Shown: piece by piece, positions 28,949 through 38,682 of the stretch
Layout: each line of letters starts with the position of its first letter
Numbering within the stretch: position 1 is the first letter of the stretch
NCBI RefSeq assembly: GCF_001642725.1
Contig: NZ_LSUQ01000017.1
Coordinates: 1-51,304, forward strand
Origin: Ferroacidibacillus organovorans
GTDB taxonomy: Bacteria > Bacillota > Bacilli > Alicyclobacillales > SLC66
Direction: 5' to 3'
Length of the DNA: 51,304 nucleotides
Program-made: the position numbers and the translations under genes
The notes under the pieces: model-generated
The model's input: the letters and a program-made list of their open reading frames with translations, nothing else
What the model was told of the DNA's origin: nothing
The model's database searches: none

Positions 28949-30313
28949 ATGTACGGAAACAAGGATCAAATGCGCATGCCGATTGTGGAAGCGCTACTAC
29001 AACACATGAGAATGGAGCGTACGAGCGCGCACGTTCCTGGTCATAAAACAGGCAAAGGGTTGGATCCGCTGATGGATGCGCTGGTGGGTCAAGCCTACAT
29101 GCTTGATTTCACAGAGCTTCCGGATTTGGACGATTTGCATCGCCCCGACGGAGTGATTGCTGAGGCGCAGCGTTTGGCGGCGTTCGCTTTTGGTGCAGAT
29201 GACACTTATTTTCTTGTCGGGGGCAGCACAGCGGGAAACTTGGCTGCACTTTTATCCGTCTTAGAGGTGGATGATGTTGCGCTCATCGCGCGACACGCCC
29301 ATCAATCTGTGTGGAATGGTCTCACCCTCGCGCGCGCGCAGGGTGTGATGATCGAGCAGGAACGGGACGATGTGACGACATGGAGCGACGTGGAGCGAGC
29401 GCTCGCAGAGTATCCTGACGCAAGGTTGGTCGTTCTCACGAGTCCGAATTATGACGGCGTGACGTCTGACGTCGAGGCGATTGCAACGCTTGCGCACGCC
29501 CGCGGCTGTCTGTTGATGGTGGATGAGGCGCACGGCGCGCATTTTGGCTTTTCCTCTGCTGTGCCGCGCTCGGCGCTTTCGCAGGGGGCTGATCTTGTCG
29601 TTCAAAGCACGCATAAGATGCTTACATCCCTTACGCAAACTGGGATGCTCCATTTGAAAGGAACGCGTATCTCTCGGCACCGCGTGCAGGCGATGCTGCG
29701 TGTCGTGCAATCCTCGTCGCCATCGTACCTGCTGCTGGCGTCGCTTGATGCGGCGCGCAAATGGGTGATGGCGGGGGGAGACGTGCAGATCGGTCGAATG
29801 GCAGGCGTGTTGGAGGAGGCAAAGTCGCTGCTGAATGCAGAGCGCGAGACGATTGTGCAAGGGGCGGCAGAGCGCGAGCGCGATCCCTTTAAGTGGCAGG
29901 TGAGCGCAGAATCGTTTCACTGCACAAGTCTTGAATTGCGGCAAGCGCTGGAGCGCGAGTTCGGGATTTACCCGGAGAAGCATGATGCGTTCTATGTCTT
30001 GTTGGCGTGGTCTCCAGCGAGTGCGCGGCGTGACGTGGAGCGCGTGGTAAAGGCGCTTTTGGCGTTGCGTACTCGCGTGTATGCAGATACGCCGCTGCCA
30101 ACGGCGGTGTGTCGCGTTTATGAGGCGGTGGGCAGTGTACTTTACGATGCCATCGTGCCGTATCCACCCGGAATTCCGCTCCTTTTTGCGGGAGATTGTC
30201 TCACGGAGGAAAAGGCGCGCGCGATCGAGCAACTGTGGCGGGCGGGTGTTGCGATGGATGGCATCCACGCAATGGACGGCCGGGTTTTGTCTCTTCAGGA
30301 GGTGCGCGCGTGA
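28949..30313 (+). CDS. Orn/Lys/Arg decarboxylase family PLP enzyme (YaaO-like)
   Basis: HVPGHK, VDEAHG, QSTHK (PLP Lys) and PYPPGIP motifs; start approximate. Confidence 0.9.
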   Translation: MYGNKDQMRMPIVEALLQHMRMERTSAHVPGHKTGKGLDPLMDALVGQAYMLDFTELPDLDDLHRPDGVIAEAQRLAAFAFGADDTYFLVGGSTAGNLAALLSVLEVDDVALIARHAHQSVWNGLTLARAQGVMIEQERDDVTTWSDVERALAEYPDARLVVLTSPNYDGVTSDVEAIATLAHARGCLLMVDEAHGAHFGFSSAVPRSALSQGADLVVQSTHKMLTSLTQTGMLHLKGTRISRHRVQAMLRVVQSSSPSYLLLASLDAARKWVMAGGDVQIGRMAGVLEEAKSLLNAERETIVQGAAERERDPFKWQVSAESFHCTSLELRQALEREFGIYPEKHDAFYVLLAWSPASARRDVERVVKALLALRTRVYADTPLPTAVCRVYEAVGSVLYDAIVPYPPGIPLLFAGDCLTEEKARAIEQLWRAGVAMDGIHAMDGRVLSLQEVRA

Positions 30314-30951
30314 GTGGGCGAGGGTGGTTTATCACGTTTGAAGGCATTGACGGTGCCGGAAAATCAACGCAGGTCGACCGAATGTGTGAAAGGCTGCGCG
30401 AAAGTAGCGTGCGTGTGACCCGCACACGCGAGCCGGGGGGTACGCCGATTGGTGACCGCATTCGGGGGCTGTTGCTGGATCCTGCGAGTTCGATGCACCT
30501 TGTGACGGAAGCCTATCTCTATGCTGCATCACGCGCGGAGCACGTGCGCTCTGTGATTCGACCCGGTTTGGCGGACGGTGCGCTCGTGATTAGCGACCGT
30601 TTTGTCGAAGCGAGTATGGCGTATCAGGCAGAAGGCGAATTGACAGTCGGGCGCATTGCGAAGCTCAATGAGATCGCGTTGGATGGGCTAGAGCCAGACC
30701 TGACGATTCTCATTGACCTGCCGGTGGTGCGCGCTCGTGAACGGTTGATGCGCACAGGAAATGCCGCAGATCGACTTGAGCGGCGTGATGATCTTTACTT
30801 TGAACGAGTTCGTGGTCGGCTATTGCAGATTGCTGCAGCTCATCCAAACCGCGTATTCGTCTTTGACGGTGAGATGGATCCTGCTGAATTGCATGAAGCG
30901 ATCTGGCGACAAGTGAAAACGCGCGTCGGAATCATCCGGGAGGAGAGATGA
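30310..30951 (+). CDS. tmk: thymidylate kinase
   Basis: FEGIDGAGKST, TREPGG and SDRF motifs; GTG overlaps the upstream stop. Confidence 0.96.
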   Translation: MSGRGWFITFEGIDGAGKSTQVDRMCERLRESSVRVTRTREPGGTPIGDRIRGLLLDPASSMHLVTEAYLYAASRAEHVRSVIRPGLADGALVISDRFVEASMAYQAEGELTVGRIAKLNEIALDGLEPDLTILIDLPVVRARERLMRTGNAADRLERRDDLYFERVRGRLLQIAAAHPNRVFVFDGEMDPAELHEAIWRQVKTRVGIIREER

Positions 30952-30954
30952 AGG

Positions 30955-31284
30955 ATGCAACTGATCTACGCCATTGTTCAAGATAAAGATGTGCAACGGT
31001 TGAACGATCAACTCGTGAAGGCGGGTGTTCGAGCGACGAAGTTAGCATCGACTGGCGGATTTTTACGGGCAGGGAACACCACGTTTTTAATCGGGGTAGA
31101 AAACGATCAAGTTGACCGTGTTCTGGAACTGATTCGGCAGAGTTGCCGCGCGCGCGAACAATTGGTGACACCGCTCTCGCCACTCGGCAATCAAGTAGAG
31201 TCTTACGTTTCCTATCCTGTATCGGTGCAGGTGGGTGGCGCAACCGTGTTCGTGGTGCCGGTCGATCGCTTCGAGCAGTTTTAG
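30955..31284 (+). CDS. darA: cyclic-di-AMP receptor (PII-like)
   Basis: AIVQDKD, TKLASTGGFLRAGNTT and VGGATVFV motifs. Confidence 0.95.
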   Translation: MQLIYAIVQDKDVQRLNDQLVKAGVRATKLASTGGFLRAGNTTFLIGVENDQVDRVLELIRQSCRAREQLVTPLSPLGNQVESYVSYPVSVQVGGATVFVVPVDRFEQF

Positions 31285-31300
31285 ACGGGTGGGGTATTCC

Positions 31301-31753
31301 ATGAAGATTGAGACTCGATCGGGGCGTCCCCTGCGCATGCCGCCAGCGCGCCCCGGGGATGCGGTGGGGCGGGTGACAGCGCGCGAGGATCCCTTCATGA
31401 TGAAACTTGCGCAGGAAGAGGAGCGAAGGGCGCGTGAAGCGTGGGAGCGTCTTTTGGCGGATGTAGAATCTCGCGGACGCGCCTTCGTGGATCACCCGTC
31501 TGTCGCCACATGCGCCGCCTATCGAGACGCGATGCGTGCGCTCATGCGCCACGGGGTTTCAAGCGCTCTTCGCCTGCGGACACAAGTCATTCACGATTTG
31601 CGCGGTCGCCAGCAGGTTCACGCGGTGGTTGAACAGATCGACCAAGCGCTTGTAGAATTGATGGAACAGGCGATTGGACAAAACCTTACGCGTCTTGAGA
31701 TTTTGACGCGCTTGGGCGAGTTGCGCGGTTTGGTGATCAGTCTTGCGCTTTAG
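31301..31753 (+). CDS. YaaR/DUF327 family protein
   Basis: Helical protein ending GELRGLVISL; lies between darA and holB. Confidence 0.8.
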   Translation: MKIETRSGRPLRMPPARPGDAVGRVTAREDPFMMKLAQEEERRAREAWERLLADVESRGRAFVDHPSVATCAAYRDAMRALMRHGVSSALRLRTQVIHDLRGRQQVHAVVEQIDQALVELMEQAIGQNLTRLEILTRLGELRGLVISLAL

Positions 31754-31813
31754 ACGTGGGCACCTTTCCGTCGATTGCCAGAGAGAACAGCGCGTTGTGA
31801 AGGGAATTTTCAG

Positions 31814-32704
31814 ATGGATCAGGATACTTTTTTACAATCCCTACAGACTGCGCGCGCGCAAGGGAAGTTGAACCACGCCTATCTTCTAACACAAAATTCA
31901 CAGCGTGAATTGCGGGAGACGGCGCAAAAGGCGATCGCAGCACTTACGTGTGAGCGTGGTGCGATCGAGGGATGCGGCGAGTGCCCGGCGTGCATGAAGC
32001 GTATTTCGGATAATCTTCCACATGTGACATGGCTTGAACCTGATGGAAGTTCGCTTAAAATTGCCCAAATGAGGGCTGCTATGCACCGGGATCACACAAA
32101 ACTGCCTACCGGCACGCTTGCGCTTATTTTTTTTGAACAAGCGCAGCGAATGACGGTGGAAGCGGCTAATTCAATTTTAAAATGGATCGAGGAACCTCAC
32201 GCGCAGCGTGTTTTTTTTCTGCTTACAACCTCTCCATTTGCGCTCTTGCCGACCATTCGCTCGCGCTGCACACTGATTCGCCTCAACGATGCAAGGGCGA
32301 ATCAAGAAGAACCGTCTGATGAACGATTTGCGGAGCTTGAAGCGGCAGTGCTAGAATTGGTTGAACTGTGCAAAACCAAACCGCATCGTGCATGGCATTT
32401 TGCAAATGATCGCGTGGCAAAACTCCAGGTGAAGCCGGAGGAAATGCCCGTTTTTTTTGATCGAGTGATTATTTCTTTTCGCGATTTATCGCGCGACCAA
32501 GCGCGGTTGGATCAAGCGGCATTGGCACCTGTTGGTGCGGCCACTCGATCGGTCGATGGAATCGATGCTTACCAACTCGCGCGTGCCTACGCGCAGTGTG
32601 CCTTGCTTTTTTCCCATGCGCGCAAGCGTTTGTCCCATCATGTTAATGGAATTTCACTTTTAGAAGTGACGCTCATGGATGTAGCCAAGGTTCTTCACGG
32701 ATAG
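31814..32704 (+). CDS. holB: DNA polymerase III subunit delta'
   Basis: [24 protein letters not shown] and LPTIRSRC motifs. Confidence 0.9.
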   Translation: MDQDTFLQSLQTARAQGKLNHAYLLTQNSQRELRETAQKAIAALTCERGAIEGCGECPACMKRISDNLPHVTWLEPDGSSLKIAQMRAAMHRDHTKLPTGTLALIFFEQAQRMTVEAANSILKWIEEPHAQRVFFLLTTSPFALLPTIRSRCTLIRLNDARANQEEPSDERFAELEAAVLELVELCKTKPHRAWHFANDRVAKLQVKPEEMPVFFDRVIISFRDLSRDQARLDQAALAPVGAATRSVDGIDAYQLARAYAQCALLFSHARKRLSHHVNGISLLEVTLMDVAKVLHG

Positions 32705-32738
32705 TGAAGATTGCGGTCTATGTCAAAAGGAGGTTCCT

Positions 32739-33050
32739 GTGGATCAACAACGCATCGCCATGAGGGTTCAACTCTTGCAAGAGCGTATCGAACAATTGCA
32801 GAGTGAGCTTCAGGAACTTTTACTTGTCGTACATGATTTGGCAACTGAGAATCAACGTCTTTCGCTGGAGAACGCCCACCTTCATGAACGAGCAAGAAAA
32901 TACATTGACAAGCAGCCGACAGTTGAGGGCGAGGCCATGCATTACTTGCGTCAACTCTATGAAGAGGGTTTTCACATCTGCAATGTGAATTATGGTTCAT
33001 TGCGAAAGGGCGACTGTCTTTTCTGCTTACAGGGTTTAGAACGCGTGTGA
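32739..33050 (+). CDS. yabA: replication initiation control protein YabA
   Basis: Coiled coil plus [18 protein letters not shown]. Confidence 0.95.
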   Translation: MDQQRIAMRVQLLQERIEQLQSELQELLLVVHDLATENQRLSLENAHLHERARKYIDKQPTVEGEAMHYLRQLYEEGFHICNVNYGSLRKGDCLFCLQGLERV

Positions 33051-33087
33051 CCCATTTAGAATGCGCGAAGATCAGTGAGGATCTGAC

Positions 33088-33954
33088 ATGGAGAACAGAA
33101 TGACGGGAACACTTTACGTGGTTCCAACCCCGATTGGCAATTTGGAAGATATGACTCTGCGTGGTCTGCGTGTGCTGCGCGAGGTCGATTTCATTGCGGC
33201 AGAGGATACAAGGCATACCCGCAAGTTGCTCTCGCACTATGAAATTGTGCCCAGGGAACTTTTTCCCTATCATCAACACAATGTGTTAGGCTCCTCCGAG
33301 CAGATTGTAGCCCGGTTGCGGGAGGGAAAGTCGGGGGCGCTTGTCTCTGATGCGGGCATGCCTGGCATTTCCGATCCGGGAGCTGAGATGATCGGTGCAT
33401 TGCTTCGCGAGTCGCTGCCATATATCGTGTTGCCTGGCGCCAGCGCGAGCTTGACAGCGCTTGTCGGTTCCGGTCTTGACACGAGAATGTTTCAGTTTTT
33501 CGGGTTTTTTCCGCGAGAGCGAAAGGGGCAGGAATCGCTCGTTGAACGCTTGCGAAACGAGGGTGCAACAACGATTTTTTATGAGTCGCCACATCGTATT
33601 CGCGCGACACTTCAGGTTTTATACGAAGGCGTGGGCAATCGTCGGTTTGTCCTTGCGCGCGAACTCACAAAGCTTCACGAGCGATATGTACGAGGCATGC
33701 TTTGCGATGCGCCAGAGCTTTTGTCTGAAGATGATGAGCGTGGTGAAATCGTACTGATTCTCGAAGGTCACTCACAACAGAGTGAGGATCGTGAAGAGAG
33801 CTTGACGAACGAGCAAATCAAACTTCGTGTAGGGCGCCTCGCGGCAGCGGGCATTCCCGCAAAAGAGGCGATGCGAGTGGTTGCGAAGGAAGCGGGGCTA
33901 TCGCGGCGAGAGGTCTATCAGGTGTTGCTTGACCACGCGGATGACGAATTTTGA
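33088..33954 (+). CDS. rsmI: 16S rRNA C1402 2'-O-methyltransferase
   Basis: PTPIGNLED, AEDTR, SDAGMPGISDPG, YESPHR and RELTK motifs. Confidence 0.97.
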   Translation: MENRMTGTLYVVPTPIGNLEDMTLRGLRVLREVDFIAAEDTRHTRKLLSHYEIVPRELFPYHQHNVLGSSEQIVARLREGKSGALVSDAGMPGISDPGAEMIGALLRESLPYIVLPGASASLTALVGSGLDTRMFQFFGFFPRERKGQESLVERLRNEGATTIFYESPHRIRATLQVLYEGVGNRRFVLARELTKLHERYVRGMLCDAPELLSEDDERGEIVLILEGHSQQSEDREESLTNEQIKLRVGRLAAAGIPAKEAMRVVAKEAGLSRREVYQVLLDHADDEF

Positions 33955-34068
33955 ACGTATTCTTGTAATCGTGTATAAAGAGCATGACCTTTGTAACCGC
34001 GCCGCTTGGCAGGGTGCCGTTGACAAAAACTGCACTCGCGGCGCTTGGTACGGTACAAAGGATAAAGA

Positions 34069-34311
34069 TTATGCCTTTTGCATTTCGGCGATGCATGAAG
34101 GGCAGATGTTTTTGCCGCGAAAGTGGACAATGTTGTCAGCTTGACCGCAAAAAATACACGCCGGTTCATACTTTTTCAAAACAATGCGATCGCCGTCGAC
34201 ATAGATTTCAAGCGCGTCTTTTTCGGCGATTCCGAGCGTTCTTCGCAACTCGATCGGAATGACAACACGACCTAATTCATCGACTTTCCTGACGATGCCA
34301 GTGGATTTCAT
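34069..34311 (-). CDS. abrB: transition-state regulator AbrB
   Basis: MKSTGIVRKVDELGRVVIPIELRRTL plus C-terminal CxxC...CxxC. Confidence 0.97.
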   Translation of the reverse strand: MKSTGIVRKVDELGRVVIPIELRRTLGIAEKDALEIYVDGDRIVLKKYEPACIFCGQADNIVHFRGKNICPSCIAEMQKA

Positions 34312-34589
34312 CACGTGAAATCCTCCTCCCCCGAATCGTCTAACCCCATAAAACATAACGGCGTTTCACAGAAATTGCCGCTCCACACGCAAACCGCTTG
34401 GATTCGTTGTAGAGAGTCGGCCATCTTCTATAAAACGCAGGTTATTTCTATCTATGAATGTAGCTTTTGCAACGTCGCGCCAACAATTTTGCAAAAGGCT
34501 CACTAACTAGTAAAACTCTACCATACCGAAGCGAATCTGCGCAAGATCACGATTTGTGTAAAAATGGATAAATTAGACACAAAAGTTTG

Positions 34590-34617
34590 CACGCAGATCC
34601 TTTGTCACGCATAGATT
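34590..34617 (+). promoter_or_regulatory. SigK/SigE-type promoter of sigK
   Basis: CACG-N16-CATAGATT; partial SpoIIID-like TTAGACACAA just upstream. Confidence 0.55.
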
Positions 34618-34648
34618 GCCCTGATTGCGTCGAATCAAGCAGGGGGTC

Positions 34649-34995
34649 ATGATCTTGTCATTGATTGCAACATGGCTTGGCTTCGCGTGTGTCGATTCTT
34701 GCACCGCTCTCGTTTCGTATGTGAAGAACCAAGCATTCCCACATCCGCTCGGTGAAGCGGAGGAGCGGGAATGCCTATTGCGTATTGGGCGGGGTGAAGA
34801 GGACGCATACCATAAATTGGTGGAACATAATTTGCGTCTGGTTGCATTTATCGCAAAGAAATTTCGCGATTCCGGAGTTGATGAGGATGATATGATCTCG
34901 CTCGGGACCATTGGATTGATCAAAGCGGTGAAAAGTTTTCGGCCGGATGCGGGTACGAAATTCGCAACGTACGCAGCGCGATGCATTGAAAATGA
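34649..34995 (+). CDS. sigK: 5' half of interrupted pro-SigK (spoIVCB equivalent); unexcised ORF runs to stop at 35011
   Basis: Pro-sequence then [30 protein letters not shown] and [16 protein letters not shown] 34655 is a better-spaced alternative start. Confidence 0.93.
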
Positions 34996-35125
34996 AAGTT
35001 TGATGTGTTAAGGTGTGCGGAAATCGATGGAAATGACGAATGATGATCTTCGCTCTCGAATTTAATTGATATATGTTACGAATTGATTACGTGATATATC
35101 TAGGGATATCTGTATAGAAACTTCA

Positions 35126-35180
35126 TTGACAAAGGTTATGAAACTCTCGTATGCTCCGTTTATGAAAAGGATTTCATAAA
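35126..35180 (+). promoter_or_regulatory. SigA promoter plus LacI-type operator of the cargo operon
   Basis: TTGACA-N18-TATGCT followed by inverted repeat TTTATGAAA-AGGA-TTTCATAAA (35159-35180). Confidence 0.7.
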
Positions 35181-35209
35181 TTTTCATTTTTGGTATTCGG
35201 GGGTGATTC

Positions 35210-36244
35210 GTCGCGAAAATTACGATTCGAATGGTCGCAGAGCATGCGGGTGTTTCCATTCCAACCGTGTCACGTGTACTGAATTCACCCGATCGCGTTC
35301 GCGAAGAAACCAAGCAAAAGGTTCTTGACGTGGTTCGCACACTTGGATTCTATCCGAATGAAAATGCCCGACGATTGAGAACGCACGAGGTTCAGGCGAT
35401 TGGCGTAATTGTTCCTCATATCCGTGATTTCTTTTTTAGCGAGATCTACAAAGGCATGTCGGAAGCGGCAGAAGCGGCAGGAGTACAGATCTTTCTCCAC
35501 GACGCGTTGCAGCGGCAGGAGCGGTTGTATGAAGGATTTCCACTTTTAAAAAGCAAAGGTTGTAGTGGTGTCATTCTTGTTAGCGCTTACGTGTCGCGCG
35601 ATTTTGAAACCTGGATGAGCAGAGCGGGAATTCCTGTGGTTCTTGCGCTTACCGAGAGTGAAACGGGAGCAATACCTGCGTTTAAGGTGGATGATGTTCA
35701 AGCGTCCTTTGACGCAGTGGCACACCTGATCACGAGGGGACATCGCAGGATCGGAATCATCTCGGGGCCGGATGAAGATCCGACAGCGGGGCGCAACCGG
35801 TTGCAAGGATACCAATCTGCACTGCGGCACTACAACATACCACTTGACCCGGCGTTGATCGCATACGGCGCATTCCGCTTTGAACACGGTTATGAGGGAA
35901 TGAGCCAGCTCCTTTTGAGGCAAGGAGACGAACCGCTCACCGCAGTGTACGCAGTGAGCGACGAGATGGCCGTGGGCGCCGCGCGCTGTCTTTATGATCG
36001 AGGGATACGCGTGCCAGAGGATGTCTCGGTTGTCGGCTTTGACAACATAAGGCTGGCGAGTCTCGTGACGCCAACCCTCACAACGGTAGCTCAGCCGTTT
36101 GAAGAGATAGGGTCTGAGGCAGTTGTGACACTGCTTGACATGATTCATCAAAACATCACAGAGCAACAAAAAGGAACGCGCTATCTGCCTCATCGAATTG
36201 TGACGCGCGAGTCAACGCGCTTTTATGCCTACGATTCATCGTAG
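35210..36244 (+). CDS. LacI-family transcriptional regulator
   Basis: (V)AKITIRMVAEHAGVSIPTVSRVLN HTH and VPEDVSVVGFDN. RBS points to GTC 35210; first ATG is 35231. Confidence 0.93.
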   Translation, partial: VAKITIRMVAEHAGVSIPTVSRVLNSPDRVREETKQKVLDVVRTLGFYPNENARRLRTHEVQAIGVIVPHIRDFFFSEIYKGMSEAAEAAGVQIFLHDALQRQERLYEGFPLLKSKGCSGVILVSAYVSRDFETWMSRAGIPVVLALTESETGAIPAFKVDDVQASFDAVAHLITRGHRRIGIISGPDEDPTAGRNRLQGYQSALRHYNIPLDPALIAYGAFRFEHGYEGMSQLLLRQGDEPLTAVYAVSDEMAVGAARCLYDRGIRVPEDVSVVGFDNIRLASLVTPTLTTVAQPFEEIGSEAVVTLLDMIHQNITEQQKGTRYLPHRIVTRESTRFYAYDSS

Positions 36245-36296
36245 GCAGCGGTGTGCGCACTGCAGAGACAAACCATAAAAGGGGGAACTTCGTTTT

Positions 36297-37595
36297 ATGA
36301 AAAAATCCATTAAGGCAGGCTTCGCAGTTTTGACCGCGAGCGCATTGTCGCTCTCAGGAATGGCGGTACAATCTTCATTTGCGGCTGTCAAACACGCTGC
36401 AGCACCTGTCACCATTGTTTGGTATGCAGGGACGATTTCTGGAAATGGACTACGCGCCGACGTGGTCAGCCACTTTGAAAAGCTCTATCCAAACATCAAA
36501 GTCAAAGTGGTCGCGGAGCCGACCAACACGGACACCACACGCGCGCAGCTTATCGCGCAGATCTCAGGCGGCGCGACACAGCCGGACGTCTATCTCGGCG
36601 ACGTGATCTGGCCAGGCCAGTTCGGTTCCATGCACCTTGCGCTTCCGCTGAACAAATACCTGCCGAAGTCATTCTTCAACCAATTCGCGCCAGGACTGGT
36701 TGCGGGCGCCTCCTACAAAGGCAATGTATACGGCTCGCCGTGGTTCCAGGACAGCGGCTTCCTGTACTATCGGAAAGACCTGCTCGCAAAATACCATCTG
36801 CCTGTTCCGAAAACATGGGAGAAGCTTCAACAAGAGGCAAGGTTCCTCTTGAATAAAAAAGCGGTCAAGTACGGATTTGTTTGGCAGGGTTCTTCCTATG
36901 AAGGGTTGACCTGTGACTGGATGGAATACCTGACGGATGCGGGCGGTCAAGTGTTCAACGCAAAAGGACAGCCGGTAATGGATTCACCCGCAGCCCTGCA
37001 CGCGCTCAATTTCATGCGTGGTCTGATCACGTCGGGCGTATCGCCAAAGGCAGTTACGACCTTTACAGAACCAAACACGATGAACCTGTTCAATGCGGGG
37101 CAAGCGGCGTTCCTTCGCAACTGGGATTACGCGTACACCAACTCGCAAACGAAAGGCCAGTCCAGCGTCATTGGCAAAGTGGGCGTGGCTCCGCTGCCGA
37201 CGTTTGCAGGACACGGCACAGCAGGCTACGCGACGATTGGTGGATGGGATAACTATATCAACCCGCACACCAAGCATCTCGCACAAGACTTGTTGTTCGT
37301 GAAATACCTGGCGAGTGTGCCAGGGGAGACGATTCTCGCGACAAAGGCTTCAGAGATCCCGACAAACAACGCCGTTCAGCACAACCCGGCAGTTCGCAGA
37401 CTCAACCCCGTGCTCTCGATCGTTGCAGAACAGCACCTGATCGCACGTCCGAGCCAGTCGCCTTCGTACGCAAAAGTGTCGCAAGCGATCTACACGAACA
37501 TCAATGCAGCGCTGTCCGGTCAAACGAGTACGGCGAACGCGTTGAAGCAGGCGAACAGCCAACTGGCATCCGCACAAAGTTCTTCGTCGCTGTAA
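36297..37595 (+). CDS. carbohydrate ABC transporter substrate-binding protein (CUT1; trehalose/maltose-like by inference)
   Basis: PDVY..DVIW, LYYRKDLL, YEGLTC and FLRNWDY motifs; signal peptide. Confidence 0.92.
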   Translation: MKKSIKAGFAVLTASALSLSGMAVQSSFAAVKHAAAPVTIVWYAGTISGNGLRADVVSHFEKLYPNIKVKVVAEPTNTDTTRAQLIAQISGGATQPDVYLGDVIWPGQFGSMHLALPLNKYLPKSFFNQFAPGLVAGASYKGNVYGSPWFQDSGFLYYRKDLLAKYHLPVPKTWEKLQQEARFLLNKKAVKYGFVWQGSSYEGLTCDWMEYLTDAGGQVFNAKGQPVMDSPAALHALNFMRGLITSGVSPKAVTTFTEPNTMNLFNAGQAAFLRNWDYAYTNSQTKGQSSVIGKVGVAPLPTFAGHGTAGYATIGGWDNYINPHTKHLAQDLLFVKYLASVPGETILATKASEIPTNNAVQHNPAVRRLNPVLSIVAEQHLIARPSQSPSYAKVSQAIYTNINAALSGQTSTANALKQANSQLASAQSSSSL

Positions 37596-37706
37596 GATTG
37601 GCGCTTGTGAGCGTCGGAGGCGTGTCGAAGGGTTGACCTCGCGGCGTGCTGAAAGACCGTGTTTGTGCACTCGACAAAATCGCACACAGTGTAGAGTAAA
37701 TGAAGC

Positions 37707-37735
37707 GAGGGGCAGAGGTTTTCGCTCTGCCCCTC
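37707..37735 (+). other. intercistronic stem-loop between the SBP and permease genes
   Basis: GAGGGGCAGAG-N7-CTCTGCCCCTC perfect 11-bp stem with no U tract, consistent with an mRNA-stabilising hairpin. Confidence 0.6.
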
Positions 37736-37779
37736 AAGCGTTTCGAGCAGAGCGGGAAAGTAGGTAAGGAGGCGTTTGT

Positions 37780-38682
37780 GTGCGGGTAAGTCGACTTGAA
37801 CGTAAGTATGCGCTCGCGGGTTACGCCATGTTGGCGCCAGCGCTCTTAGTGATCGCACTTGTGACGATTTTTCCCATCGGGTATTCGGTGTGGATGAGCC
37901 TTAACAACATCTCTTCGACGTATTCAGGGTTCCAGTTTTCCTTTGCGGGTCTAAGCAACTATATCACTGTGTTCCACGCGCCAATCTTCTGGCAATCCCT
38001 CCTATTTACGGTTATGTACGCGGCGGTTACGGTCGTTGTTGAGATGGTGCTCGGCCTTTTGGTCGCACTCGCGCTCAACCAACCGATTCGCGGGCGCGGC
38101 GTGGCGATCGCCGTCATGTTGGTGCCGTGGACGCTGATTACCGTTATCTCCGCACAGATGTGGGGCTATATCTACAATGGGATCTACGGTGTCTTAAATG
38201 CTGTACTCATGAGCCTTCATATCATCAATACGCAAGTGTTGTGGCTCGGCGCGCCAACGTCTGCCACGATTTCGATCATGATCGCAGATATCTGGAAGAC
38301 GACGCCGTTTGTCACGATGATCCTATTGGCAGGACTTCAGTTGATTCCGAGTGATCTCTACGAGTCTGCGAAGATTGACGGTGCAACAGGGTGGCGCAGT
38401 TTTTGGAATGTCACGTTCCCGCTACTTCGGCCAAGTCTTGGGCTCGCGGCACTTTTTCGCATCCTTCAAGCGTTCGGACTGTTCGATTTGCCGTTTGTTT
38501 TGACCAATGGCGGCCCGGGAACGAGTACAGAACCGATCGCAATGCTCGCCTATAAGGCGATCTTTAATGACGGGAATTTCGGAACAGGGACAGCCGTCGC
38601 GGTGTCCACGGTTGGAATCGTCATTCTGCTCGCGTTGCTTTCCTTAAAGGCGCTGCGCACACAGGTAGGTGAAATCGATTGA
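37780..38682 (+). CDS. carbohydrate ABC transporter permease (MalF-like)
   Basis: WKTTPF, EAA-like loop LYESAKIDGA and LTNGGP motifs. Confidence 0.94.
   Translation: MRVSRLERKYALAGYAMLAPALLVIALVTIFPIGYSVWMSLNNISSTYSGFQFSFAGLSNYITVFHAPIFWQSLLFTVMYAAVTVVVEMVLGLLVALALNQPIRGRGVAIAVMLVPWTLITVISAQMWGYIYNGIYGVLNAVLMSLHIINTQVLWLGAPTSATISIMIADIWKTTPFVTMILLAGLQLIPSDLYESAKIDGATGWRSFWNVTFPLLRPSLGLAALFRILQAFGLFDLPFVLTNGGPGTSTEPIAMLAYKAIFNDGNFGTGTAVAVSTVGIVILLALLSLKALRTQVGEID

Noticed and set aside
29261..30268. Long antisense ORFs (335 aa here; also 48418-49200) and other alternative-frame ORFs such as 5940-6836 and 27396-28148
   Set aside because: Shadow frames of well-supported genes in GC-rich coding DNA, with no motifs or RBS.
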